A DNA stretch of 64,000 bases from Anthoceros angustus (taxonomy: Eukaryota > Plantae > Anthocerotophyta): assembly GCA_010909165.1 (NCBI GenBank), contig MU008166.1, forward strand, positions 248,001 through 312,000, written 5' to 3'. Below, piece by piece: positions 63,415 to 64,000 of the stretch. The position numbers and the translations under genes were made by a program. The notes under the pieces were generated by a model. It was not told the DNA's origin, ran no database searches, and saw only the letters and a program-made list of their open reading frames with translations. Each line of letters opens with the position of its first letter. Position 1 is the stretch's first letter.

Positions 63415-64000
63415 TCACCTGTCATCATCAGAATGAGAAGTAGGCCTGTTCCGTTTTGTTCCAACTTGGGAACTGGCAAACAATTCTGCTATCTTCAACT
63501 GGATTTCGGCTTGCATCTGCTGATGTTGTAAATCATGAAGTACTCTGGCATGGTCCACACTCTGCATGAATTCCAGTCTTTGTCTCTCCAACTCCCGTGC
63601 GTGAAGCAACTTAGCCTCCTCAATCTGCACATAACTTTGGGCAAAAGCTTGCATACCTTGAAAATCGACTTGCCACAAGGATAATTTTCTTGTCTTTCTT
63701 TTCCCACAGCTCGTTGTGCGGACACCCGGCAAGCTTTTCGATCCGGGATAGAGGGGTATCTGGTGTCGTTTCCCCATTATCTGGACAAGAATCTGTTGCT
63801 GCTGAGGACGGAGCGGGAGTTGGCATGGTGTCCTTGCCACCAAGCTTGGCTGGGGAGGTTTGCAGTATCCTGGTGAAGGTCTTCATCTTCAAGGTTGATA
63901 AAATGGAGCAATTGGGTCCTCATTCACGGAAGAAGTGCCATCAACCGCAAAGCTCCCAACATCAACGGACCTGGAATGCCACAAAATTTGGTTGTGCCTA
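63415..64000 (-). mobile_element. C-terminal part of the probable Myb/SANT partner gene of the second Harbinger (5' part beyond window)
   Basis: Convergent with the transposase; coiled-coil tail EEAKLLHARELERQRLEFMQ..QMQAEIQLKIAELF. The DNA-binding domain itself is not visible. Confidence 0.5.

Overview
Eukaryotic nuclear DNA from a compact, gene-dense land-plant genome. Short GT-AG introns (~70-120 bp) and the gene content suggest a non-seed plant such as a hornwort or lycophyte (inference only). About 1-38 kb is host-gene rich: GDP-mannose 4,6-dehydratase (cut by the window edge), an STMP1-family microprotein, an HKT/Trk cation transporter, a NAC factor, a ~29-exon GH38 alpha-mannosidase, a small conserved plant protein, a large acidic dehydrin-like disordered protein, a plastid WCPYC glutaredoxin, two tandem REF/SRPP (LDAP) genes and a double-Dabb protein. 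LINE remnants and a PIF/Harbinger element are interspersed. From 38.6 to 58.4 kb lies a ~20 kb transposon stack bounded by diverged inverted repeats. It holds a Ty3/gypsy pol remnant, a two-gene element (spliced ParB/Srx-like gene divergent from a Sola-like DDD transposase), retroelement-type accessory ORFs and a truncated MULE transposase. The last 6 kb holds a LINE remnant, satellites, (TA)n and a second Harbinger element. The best novelty candidate is the ParB-like plus Sola-like element. Caveat: 1-4.4 kb and 40-56 kb carry many 1-bp homopolymer deletions and indel-rich tandem duplications, which look like unpolished long-read consensus, so frameshifts and copy numbers there may be artefacts. 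Exon and TE coordinates were read by eye; TE boundaries are approximate.
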